A stretch of DNA of 14,081 nt, from NCBI GenBank assembly GCA_963733675.1, contig CAVTET010000002.1:1-14081 (forward strand). Direction: 5' to 3'. Origin of the DNA: an uncultured Methanosarcinaceae archaeon (GTDB lineage Archaea > Halobacteriota > Methanosarcinia > Methanosarcinales > Methanosarcinaceae). The notes beneath the pieces were generated by a model. It was not told the DNA's origin and made no database searches. It worked only from the letters and a program-made list of their open reading frames with translations. This document shows, piece after piece, positions 1 through 8,281 of this stretch (position 1 is its first letter; every line of letters starts with the position of its first letter). A program made the translations under genes and the position numbers.

Positions 1-197
1 AAAGCTGTGCATAAAATGACTATCAACATTCAAATTTTAATTTAGGATACTGGTAAGTTAAGCATTAAACTGCTACCAGAGAATCTAGGAAATCTTTTAC
101 ACTGTTGGTAGGTTATTAAAAGCAATAATTATTAATTTGTACTTTTTGTGCAATTCAAACCTATCATCTATACCAAGAAACTTTATGAGATAGTAAG

Positions 198-329
198 ATG
201 GAACTCGACGAAGTAATAATCACAAGGGCAATTTTTGATGAGTATTCGAAAACCTTTCTTGATTACACAGATATTGATGTGGCACTTGTAGGAGGCGGGC
301 CTGCAAATCTGGTTTTTGATAGGTTCTAA
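198..329 (+). pseudogene. thi4: 5' fragment (first ~39 codons) of sulfide-dependent adenosine diphosphate thiazole synthase Thi4
   Basis: Hand translation from ATG 198 gives MELDEVIITRAIFDEYSKTFLDYTDIDVALVGGGPANLV-FDRF* (TAA 327-329). It matches the recognisable archaeal Thi4 N-terminus with the Rossmann DV-x-x-VGGGP motif. Similarity stops at about 314. Too short for the ORF track. Confidence 0.85.
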
Positions 330-631
330 TGTCTTTAAAAACTTTACTAGTCAGTTTGATAATTGGTTTCTTGTTTGTGTTACTTGGTTTAGGGATGTTA
401 ATAGAACGTGAATTTTATGGAGCATGGGGTATTGGTCCAAGTTTTAAATAAATTAATCATTACGGAATCCTAAAAAAGTCGGACCGAAATAGAAAAACTA
501 CTAAACAAAGAAGACAGCAACGGGGCTTCAGTTCCAAATTGAGTGATACCAAAGATTTAAAATAATTATATTATGAATCTATATTTGTGCACATCTACAT
601 AATGTTGATTTAAGTATTAAATTGGAGAATT

Positions 632-2884
632 ATGACTATTTCTGATCGTCTGTGTTTCGATGACGTAGAGATTAGAGTCCGAGAACGGACAGCTGAGTTG
701 GAAAAAGCCAATCAGGCATTACGCACCGAAATTCTAGAATACAAGAACGCTGAGAATGAGCTAATTGAACTTAAGGATAAATCCAAAGCTGAAATAATGC
801 GCAGATGCGATCGTATTCTTGAAGGAATCAGTAAAATCTTCAGCATTGCATTGCAGGCCAAAACAGAAGAAGAGCTGGGATATGAGTGCCTATCGGTAGC
901 CTTAGAAGTGACAGGTAGTCAAATTGGTTTCGTTTCTTTAATGGGTGATGACGGGCTACTGCACGATATTGCAATTAAAGACGTGGGATGGGAATCTTGT
1001 GGGATACATGACAAGACTGGGTATCGCCGTCCCCCGGAAAATTTTGTCATGCATGGCTTGTATGGTAGTATCATTAACAGCAATAGAAAAGGCTTTTTTA
1101 CTAATGATCTACCGTCGCATCCCGACAGCATCGGCCTATCCCATTTCTATCCCCAGCTTCAATCGTTTCTTGGCATGCCCCTATCCTTGGATGGTAAAAT
1201 AAAGGGCTTGCTTGCGGTTGCAAACCGTGACGGTGGTTATAGTGAAGAGCAGCAGACGGATCTTGTAGCTATCATGCCAGTGATTGTGGAAGCTCTTCAG
1301 AGACAAAGGTCGGAAGAGGATCTTAGTGAAGCTTATGAGAATCTCCAGGTGCAATCCGAGGAGTTGAATGTTCAGTCTGAAGAACTGCGGATGCAAAACG
1401 TGGAGTTGCAGATTAAATCAGAGGAACTTCGTGCAGCATATGAAGTTACGCTGGAGAGCGAGAAATGGTTCCGTATTATGGCTAACGCGATCCCACAGTT
1501 AACTTGGATCGCACATCCTGATGGCTATATCTATTGGTATAATGAACGCTGGTACTCTTACACCGGTACCACACTTGAGCAGATGGAAGGTTGGAGTTGG
1601 CAGAGTGTTCATGATCCAGAAGTGCTGCCCAAGGTACTGGAGCAGTGGAAGGCTTCGCTTGCTACTGGACAAGTGTTTGATATGGAGTTTCCTTTGCGCG
1701 GCGCTGATGGCACTTTCCGCTCGTTCCTAACGCGCGTTTTGCCCTTGAAAGATGCTGCAGGAAACATCCTTCAGTGGTTTGGGACAAGTACAGACGTCAC
1801 CGAGCGCAAAAAAGCTGAAGAAAAAATTCAAACCTTAGCGAATATTGTGAAATCATCAAGTGATGCTATCCTTACTTTATCCCTTGATGGTATTATTACT
1901 ATCTGGAATAAGGGTGCTGAGCAGATTTATGGTTATTTGGCTGAGGAAGTTGTGGGAAAAAGCGTATCAATGCTCGCACCCGATGATCTCAAAAGTGAAA
2001 CAAAAAAGCTAATTGAAAAGGTTAAGCTGGGAGAAAAGATCCAGCACTATATAACTTCAAGGTTAAGAAAAGATGATAAGTTAATATATGTTTCAATGGC
2101 TCTTTCTCCTGTTTTTGATGCATCTAAAAAGCTTGTGGCTATCTCGGCTGTTACTAGAGATATTACTCAAAAAATGGAGGCCGAAAAATCTTTATTAAAA
2201 GCTGAAATAACCAGAAAACAAGAGCTCCATCATAGAATCAAAAACAATTTGCAGGTGATCTCTTCTCTACTGGATCTTCAAGCTGATAAATTTAAAAATA
2301 GAAAGTTTATTAAAAATTTTGAAATTTTGGAAGCTTTCAGAGAAAGCCAAGATAGAGTTATATCTATGGCTCTTATTCATGAGGAATTATACAAACATAA
2401 ACAATTAGAAACTTTGGAATTCTCGGCATACATTCGAAAACTGGTTAAAAAACTTTTCCAGACTTACATACTAAATAGCAAAAATATTCATCTGCATATG
2501 GACCTGGAAGAAAATGTATTCTTAAATATGGATGACGCAGTTCCTTTGGGAATAATTATCACTGAACTGGTTTCAAACTCTCTTAAACATGCATTTTCAG
2601 GGAGAGATGAAGGGAGAATTTATATCAAACTAAGTAGAGAAAAAAACGGAGAACGTATAAATAACAGAGAAGACGGCAAATATGAAGGTTGTAATATTAC
2701 AGGTTTAATTTTGAAGGTTGCAGACGATGGAGTAGGTATACCTGAAAGTATCGATTTAGAAAATCCCAACAGTCTTGGCATACAGTTGGTAACTGTCCTA
2801 GTAGATCAGTTAGATGGAGAACTTGAGCTGAAAAGGAGTAATGAGACGGAATTCACTATTAAGTTCACAGTAACAAAAAAATAA
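632..2884 (+). CDS. Soluble GAF-PAS-PAS sensor histidine kinase (HisKA_2 family)
   Basis: N-terminal helix VRERTAELEKAN; GAF (SFLGMPL...GLLAVANRDGGYSEE); heptad linker; PAS (WYNERWYSYTG...VHDPE...WFGTSTDVTERK); second PAS (IWNKGAEQIYGY...RDIT); H-box ELHHRIKNNLQVISSLL; N-box ELVSNSLKHAF; G1 VADDGVG; G2 SLGIQLV. GGAG lies just upstream of the ATG. Confidence 0.95.
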   Translation: MTISDRLCFDDVEIRVRERTAELEKANQALRTEILEYKNAENELIELKDKSKAEIMRRCDRILEGISKIFSIALQAKTEEELGYECLSVALEVTGSQIGFVSLMGDDGLLHDIAIKDVGWESCGIHDKTGYRRPPENFVMHGLYGSIINSNRKGFFTNDLPSHPDSIGLSHFYPQLQSFLGMPLSLDGKIKGLLAVANRDGGYSEEQQTDLVAIMPVIVEALQRQRSEEDLSEAYENLQVQSEELNVQSEELRMQNVELQIKSEELRAAYEVTLESEKWFRIMANAIPQLTWIAHPDGYIYWYNERWYSYTGTTLEQMEGWSWQSVHDPEVLPKVLEQWKASLATGQVFDMEFPLRGADGTFRSFLTRVLPLKDAAGNILQWFGTSTDVTERKKAEEKIQTLANIVKSSSDAILTLSLDGIITIWNKGAEQIYGYLAEEVVGKSVSMLAPDDLKSETKKLIEKVKLGEKIQHYITSRLRKDDKLIYVSMALSPVFDASKKLVAISAVTRDITQKMEAEKSLLKAEITRKQELHHRIKNNLQVISSLLDLQADKFKNRKFIKNFEILEAFRESQDRVISMALIHEELYKHKQLETLEFSAYIRKLVKKLFQTYILNSKNIHLHMDLEENVFLNMDDAVPLGIIITELVSNSLKHAFSGRDEGRIYIKLSREKNGERINNREDGKYEGCNITGLILKVADDGVGIPESIDLENPNSLGIQLVTVLVDQLDGELELKRSNETEFTIKFTVTKK

Positions 2885-3520
2885 AAAAGGATCAACTAAT
2901 GCAAGATACATAACTTTTATAGCAAAGACTATGCATTGAAATATCAATTTTGAAAGCCTACTCATTGGCCCATAACACTGTTTTTGTGATGAAGGATGCT
3001 GCGTTAATCCCAATTTCTGTATTTTCCTTCATCATGAAAATTTAGTTCTGTATCAACTACCTAGTATAAAATTATCGTATTTACTGATGCAGAAGTTTTC
3101 ATACAAAACCTGCACATCTCAGGGTCAAGATAATTTAAGTATTTGAACCAAAACTATATTGCTGCTCAGTAATTTTATCATGAAATCAAAATACTCGCAG
3201 TACTTATTTCTCCCCATGTTGCTTTGTATCCTGTCTGATCTGCTTCTTTCTGGCATTTTAGATGAATCTGATCCTATAAGCCAATTAATAAAATAGGAAA
3301 AGTAACAAAAAACTACTATATTTTTAATAGTATTTTGTGGATTTGTTACAGATCCTGAATATAAAAGTTAAAATGTATAGTTATTTATTCAAGTGCTGAC
3401 AGTGAAATTTATAATTATTGATCTTACTGTTGAAAATGCACTAAACTCAAAAAAGATATGTAAAATTGTGTAATCCAAAATCCATATCTTTATGATTAAA
3501 GTTTGACTGCTTTATTTATT

Positions 3521-3832
3521 TTAATACATAGCTAATAGAAATCGATCATTTGATTCAGGGTCTACTAATTCTTGATAAAATTTATCTAATTTGCTAAAGA
3601 AATTACTAAATTTTCCTGGTTGTTTATATTTAATCATGATTTCATTGGCTAATTCTAAATCAGCTAATATTGCTTCTCTCCTTACAATAGTATATGATCC
3701 TATTTTCCTATTAGGAAATGTGTGATTTTCTATTGTTTTTTTTACAAAGTAGTGTTCATCTTCGGAAGCCACTTCAAATAATATATCGTGATCGAAAAAG
3801 TGTTTTAAAAGCAAGTCATTTTCTGAGAGCAT
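3521..3832 (-). pseudogene. Hypothetical protein, probably a C-terminal remnant
   Basis: 103-aa AT-rich ORF with protein-like composition. The frame stays open to about 3847 (TALDY before the M), where it meets the helicase remnant back-to-back with no room for a promoter. No family recognised. Confidence 0.4.
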
Positions 3833-5025
3833 ATAATCTAATGCGGTCTATCATGACAACCCCTTCAGAGATCTACAAATTAGGACTGCCAGTACAATAC
3901 TCAATCAGTGATTTCAAAAGATTGTGCAAGGACTTTGGAGAATGGAAAAATGAGAACAATAAAATAGAATTTTCCGATATGATTGACCTTGTAATTAAAA
4001 ATGAACTAATTCCTAATGGGAAAGTTCAGATCTATGACGAAGCCCAAGACATGACTCCCCAAATGTACACAGTTGCAAAAGTATGGTCAGAAGGAGCAGA
4101 CAGGGTATTTTTAGCAGGGGACCATTTGCAGACATTGTATACATATAGTGGAGCAGAACCGAAATTATTCTTAGACTGGGGAGGAGAGCTCGAGATATTG
4201 CCAGAAAGCAAACGATTAACGAAAGACATATGGGCGATTGCAAGCGATATTATAAAGAAAAATACCCCTTACAATGCCCCACAAATCAAGACGCGTTCAG
4301 AGACGGGCAATGTAAAACAGATCAATCATACAAATCTTGAATCTTATTTGTTAAAATGCCCACATGATGCTGAAACATTTCACCTAGTACGAACTAACTA
4401 CCTATGGGGAGAGGTAGCAGAGATTCTTGCTAGATGTGGGGTTCCTTTCAGTGGAATTACAAGATACTCATGGACACAAAGCGAGCGTAATCTATACAAT
4501 GCGATTCAATCAATTCGGATATTCAGACAATTAACAAAATCCGAATTTTGTGCATTATTGGATTATTATCCTGCAAGATTAACGGGAGCTCCAAGCAACC
4601 CAAGAGATGTAGCAGATTACAAAGCAGACATTGAAGCGAGAGCTAGTATCCCAACAATGACCAAATTAAATCCTAATCTTATAGAATCGATAAAAACTGA
4701 AGACCCGCTTAAACTGTCAAATATTAAAAAAGGATTAACAAGGCTGAAGATAGAAGGAGCATTCCGAAGGGGGCTGCTAAGAATATCAGCAAATGATGTG
4801 AGCATGGTCAAAATTCTCACAATTCATGGGTCAAAAGGAATGCAAGCAACAAATGTATTTTTACACACCGGAATTACAAGAGCGATCGATCAGGGAATGC
4901 TGACAAAAAAAGGTAGGGAAAACGAAGCTTTTGTTTGGTATGTCGGAGTTACAAGGACATATAACAATTTGGTATTTGTGTCATATCCAGGCTGTCAATA
5001 TCAAATATCAGGGGTATGTACTTGA
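3718..5025 (+). CDS. UvrD/Rep-like superfamily 1 DNA helicase, N-terminally truncated (no Walker A); real coding sequence probably starts about 3830-3860
   Basis: SF1 motifs II QIYDEAQD, III LAGDHLQTLYTYSGA, IV LPESKRL, IVa LVRTN, V TIHGSKGMQ and VI YVGVTRT are present. No GxxGxGKT was seen in any upstream frame. The first ~38 aa overlap the antisense ORF 3521-3832. Confidence 0.85.
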   Translation: MCDFLLFFLQSSVHLRKPLQIIYRDRKSVLKASHFLRAYNLMRSIMTTPSEIYKLGLPVQYSISDFKRLCKDFGEWKNENNKIEFSDMIDLVIKNELIPNGKVQIYDEAQDMTPQMYTVAKVWSEGADRVFLAGDHLQTLYTYSGAEPKLFLDWGGELEILPESKRLTKDIWAIASDIIKKNTPYNAPQIKTRSETGNVKQINHTNLESYLLKCPHDAETFHLVRTNYLWGEVAEILARCGVPFSGITRYSWTQSERNLYNAIQSIRIFRQLTKSEFCALLDYYPARLTGAPSNPRDVADYKADIEARASIPTMTKLNPNLIESIKTEDPLKLSNIKKGLTRLKIEGAFRRGLLRISANDVSMVKILTIHGSKGMQATNVFLHTGITRAIDQGMLTKKGRENEAFVWYVGVTRTYNNLVFVSYPGCQYQISGVCT

Positions 5026-6335
5026 CTAAGACAATGGAGATAACGGCAACTGAAGAAACCATTTTACATTATCTAAACCCGCTGATAAAGGAAACAATTA
5101 TCAGAGTATCGAATTATGGGAACTGCAAAAGATGGGCTAACGGAGATCGATTCCACTGGTACAGTGATTATGAAAAACAGCCTATACCGATGACGGACAA
5201 GTATTATGACGAGTTGGTAAAAAAGCACCGTACCTTATATAGCACACTCTCACTGTTCAACAAAAATGTGTTTGGGCTAGAATTCCGGAACCTGACATCA
5301 GACGAAAAAAAGAATATAAGCAAGCAGTATGTTGAGAAATATACATTAGGGATTGATATTGATACAGTGGACGAAGTCAAAGGACACGGTATTAACATTC
5401 AGGAACCTAAAGTAAAGGAAGCAGTTGAAGCAGCTGCACAGTGGTACGTAGATAAGTTCAGAAAATTTGCTCCAAATTCAGTATATTGTTTGTTCTCTGG
5501 TGGCGGGATTTACGTACTGTTACACCATGAAGTCTTAAAGGATTATTTTGAACGAATTGGTTTTGGTGGGAAGGAAGATTATATCAAGCTTATAAAAACG
5601 CTTATAGATACTATTAATGAATTGACTAAGGCATACGAGATAGAATTCTTTAAAAAATATCCAGACTACATAAAATACGTAAAAATTGACCACATTAACG
5701 GTGCAAAATGGATATTTAAAACCATATTCAGCGTTCACAAAACTCATAAATTTGCAGTAATTCCACTAGACCAAAATAATATAAAAATTAAATTTGAAGA
5801 AGCAACAATTCCACTGAAAGAAGAAATAATTAAACGGGGAGCATATTGGTATACAGTTTATGATGATACGAATGATTTTTTGGTAGAACTGTCTCCATAC
5901 CTTCAAAAAATTGAGAAAAAAACGTTAGAACAAGAACGAAAACAATTTACTTCCCCAACTCAATTCAGAGTATCAGATATGAGTCATGATTATGATGAAT
6001 ACCCACCTTGCATAAAACACATATTAGGATTGGATAGATGCGGAGTAGGTGCAACCCGAGCACTCGCGTTTTTAGCATCATTTTTAGGACATATCGAGCA
6101 GGACGCTGATAAAGCATATAATATATGGTCAAAAGTTGCAAAAAGGTGGCATGCGGTAGCTCTGGAATCAAATGTATTTCAATCCCATTATAAAGTCATG
6201 CACTGCGCATCTTGCACAACCTTAAACACCTACAGGGGCGGTTTTCCACACGTGGATATCATAGAAATAGGAGCATGCAAGCCAGATTTAAGATGCCTGC
6301 AAATTAACTCTTCTAACCCTATATATTTATACTGA
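5016..6335 (+). CDS. Single-chain primase: archaeo-eukaryotic primase (PriS-like) catalytic domain fused to a PriL-like [4Fe-4S] C-terminal domain
   Basis: Motif I LGIDID (D114, D116), motif II FSGGGIY, motif III KIDH (D225), then KWIFKTIFSVHKT resembling PriS R-x-x-R-x-P-x-S-x-H-x-K. PriL-CTD-like motifs YPPCIKHIL (C332), FLASFL, SCTTL (C400), ACKPDLRC (C421, C427) and NPIY. Overlaps the helicase stop by 10 nt. Confidence 0.8.
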   Translation: MYLTKTMEITATEETILHYLNPLIKETIIRVSNYGNCKRWANGDRFHWYSDYEKQPIPMTDKYYDELVKKHRTLYSTLSLFNKNVFGLEFRNLTSDEKKNISKQYVEKYTLGIDIDTVDEVKGHGINIQEPKVKEAVEAAAQWYVDKFRKFAPNSVYCLFSGGGIYVLLHHEVLKDYFERIGFGGKEDYIKLIKTLIDTINELTKAYEIEFFKKYPDYIKYVKIDHINGAKWIFKTIFSVHKTHKFAVIPLDQNNIKIKFEEATIPLKEEIIKRGAYWYTVYDDTNDFLVELSPYLQKIEKKTLEQERKQFTSPTQFRVSDMSHDYDEYPPCIKHILGLDRCGVGATRALAFLASFLGHIEQDADKAYNIWSKVAKRWHAVALESNVFQSHYKVMHCASCTTLNTYRGGFPHVDIIEIGACKPDLRCLQINSSNPIYLY

Positions 6336-6396
6336 TAACAAAATGTACATAGAAAAACTCAAAGCTGATTTTCTTGCCAACTAGTTCAAAAATGTT

Positions 6397-6627
6397 TTTG
6401 TAACGGGTATATTCAGCTTTCAGATAGGTAGTTACCCTTAAATTACAGCTATTGATATCGTTTTATACAAAGCAGATATATTTGTAACGGGTATATAATC
6501 ATTTTTTTTTGTTTTTGAAAATATCCGTTACACCCATTACACCCGTTACAAACTAAATTGGTAAGGGCAGATAATATCGTTTTTGGTGTAATGGATTGAG
6601 TACATTTTACCAGTTACACCCGTTACA
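6397..6627. repeat. Iteron-like 9-mer array (TGTAACGGG / CCCGTTACA), candidate replication origin
   Basis: TTTGTAACGGGTATAT occurs exactly at 6397-6412 and 6481-6496. Opposite-orientation tandem copies are at 6524-6532, 6533-6541, 6542-6550, 6610-6618 and 6619-6627, with a variant TGTAATGGA at 6587-6595. Perfect 12-bp inverted repeat 6481-6492 / 6541-6552 surrounds a T-tract. Confidence 0.8.
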
Positions 6628-6735
6628 TACTCAGAAGCTATAAGATTAATTTCTTGCCATACCTATTATAAACATTTATTAGAATCGTGTCTGTATCCAT
6701 TCAATATCCCCAATAAGTGATTTAAATGATCCTAG

Positions 6736-6872
6736 ATGTCAAAAAGTTGATCTGTGAACTGCAAGTGGGTCAATGCATGCAGCCCATAGAAGGGTTGGTT
6801 GAAAGGTAGGGTAGACCTTTAAACTATGACTCAATTTAAATTAAATATAGTTTTTTTATATATTCTAAATAG
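6736..6872 (-). ncRNA. Conserved structured element copy A (candidate ~90-nt sRNA with TATA-like box and U-tract)
   Basis: Homologous to 9434-9572. ATGTCAAAAAGTTGATCT at 6736-6753; stem CTGCA 6759-6763 / TGCAG 6778-6782; stem AAAGGT 6802-6807 / ACCTTT 6815-6820; conserved AT-rich block 6844-6872. RNA identity and strand are inferred. Confidence 0.5.
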
Positions 6873-6992
6873 CAAAATTCAAACTAAAAAATTATGAAGT
6901 CTTGATTTTATAATACCTATCTAAAAAAAGGAACAATTTTTGGATATCCAGATAAAACCTGGAACCTACTCATTTAATATTGTTATTTTTAT

Positions 6993-8228
6993 TTACTTCT
7001 CAATTGGTAATTTTTTTTCTATCTTATGGTGTTTGAAGTGATTTTTTGATTTATGTTTACTAAAAGGAGCTTTAGTTTTGGAAAAATTTACTTTATCTTT
7101 TAGAACGTTACCACCTATAAACTGCCCGATGGCAACTGGATGTGATCCGACAGTTACATTAGTTATAACCTTGTTTGTGGTTGTGTCGATTACAGAGACA
7201 GTATCATCGTTCCAATTCGCTACATATACCTTTTTTCCCGTTGGGTTGACTGCAACTCCATTAGGTTTTTCTCCTACAGGCACTGTAGCTATAACTTTGT
7301 TTGTTTTAGTGTTAATTACAGATATGGTATTGCTGTCCTCATTTGCCACATATACTTTTTTTCCATCCGGTGTGACTGCAATTCCATAAGGAGACTCTCC
7401 TACCTTTATATCGGTAACGACAGTGTTTGTAGCTGTGTCAATAACAGAGACAATTCCAATAGATGTATTTTCACCATCCGAATTAGTTACATAGATTTTT
7501 GTTCCCACTGGATTGACTGCAATTCCCTTAGGAAATAATCCGCTTACATGTACTGAAGCTTTAATAGTATTAGTGGACGTATTAATTACAATTACGTCGT
7601 CGTTGTCATAGCACGTTACATAGACTTTTTTCTCATCCGGACTTACTACAATTCCATAAGGCTCACCTGATAATGGTATAGTGTTTGTAACTTCATTTGT
7701 CGCAGTGTCAATAACAGAAGCACTTCCTCCCTTTAGTCCTCCATTATTCGCTACATAAACTTTTTTTCCACTTGGACTGACTGCAACTCCATAAGGAGTT
7801 GTGTCCTTTCCTACATTCACACGATCTATTTCCTCATTTGTAGTTTTGTTAATTATAGATGCAGTTCCATCATGGTCGCTCATCAAACATATTCTCTCAG
7901 TTGGACCAGCTACAAGTCCATAAGGATATGCCAGCCCCCCTACAGATATATTGGCTGTAACCTTGTTTGTGTCTGTGTCTATTACGGAAACGGTGTCTAC
8001 CCAATCCGTTACATAAACTTTTTTCCCGTATGTGGTAGCTGCAACTCCATATCCCCCTATATTTACAGTGGCTGTAACTTTATCTGTTGCTGTATCAATT
8101 ACCGATACATTGTTGCTGCCTTCATTCGTAATATAAGCAAAGGGCGTTGCAGATGTGATACTTATCAGCACTAAAATAATAAATGCTGACATCAAGGCTA
8201 TTGAAAATAACTTACGTATACTTATCAT
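6993..8228 (-). CDS. Secreted YVTN-family beta-propeller repeat surface protein
   Basis: Signal peptide (MISIRKLFSIALMSAFIILVLISITSA), eight ~40-aa repeats of the VYVAN...VSVIDTATN.V...I.VG..P.GIAV.P.GKK type, closing GQFIG motif and a K/H-rich tail. Confidence 0.95.
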   Translation of the reverse strand: MISIRKLFSIALMSAFIILVLISITSATPFAYITNEGSNNVSVIDTATDKVTATVNIGGYGVAATTYGKKVYVTDWVDTVSVIDTDTNKVTANISVGGLAYPYGLVAGPTERICLMSDHDGTASIINKTTNEEIDRVNVGKDTTPYGVAVSPSGKKVYVANNGGLKGGSASVIDTATNEVTNTIPLSGEPYGIVVSPDEKKVYVTCYDNDDVIVINTSTNTIKASVHVSGLFPKGIAVNPVGTKIYVTNSDGENTSIGIVSVIDTATNTVVTDIKVGESPYGIAVTPDGKKVYVANEDSNTISVINTKTNKVIATVPVGEKPNGVAVNPTGKKVYVANWNDDTVSVIDTTTNKVITNVTVGSHPVAIGQFIGGNVLKDKVNFSKTKAPFSKHKSKNHFKHHKIEKKLPIEK

Positions 8229-8281
8229 GTATTTTCCCCCTTTTCTAGACCTAAATTTAAAAAATTATTATATGTTCCATT

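Noticed and set aside
50-115. CTGGTA/TACCAG inverted repeat (50-55 / 74-79) and TGGTARGTTA twice upstream of the thi4 stub; considered as a TPP riboswitch or thiamine-regulator operator
   Set aside because: No TPP riboswitch consensus (CUGAGA, AUACCUG) is visible, and the repeats are too short to assign.
1343-1445. 21-nt quasi-repeats (LQVQSEE LNVQSEE LRMQNVE LQIKSEE)
   Set aside because: Ordinary coiled-coil heptad linker of this kinase family.
919-3013. Short ORFs overlapping the kinase (919-1131, 945-1202, 1181-1396, 1521-1730, 2810-3013)
   Set aside because: Shadow frames of a well-supported gene, with no motifs.
4013-6171. Antisense ORFs inside the helicase and primase
   Set aside because: Shadow ORFs with no independent evidence.
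3718-6335. Helicase plus partner considered as a Gabija- or Hachiman-type defence pair
   Set aside because: The partner has AEP and PriL Fe-S motifs rather than an OLD/TOPRIM nuclease or HamA domain, and the adjacent iterons favour replication. A defence role is not formally excluded.
6397-6627. Repeat cluster considered as a mini CRISPR array
   Set aside because: Units are only 9-16 bp, occur in both orientations and are irregularly spaced, and no cas genes are present.
7078-8174. Plus-strand ORFs 7078-7389 and 7872-8174
   Set aside because: Antisense shadows of the repetitive YVTN gene.
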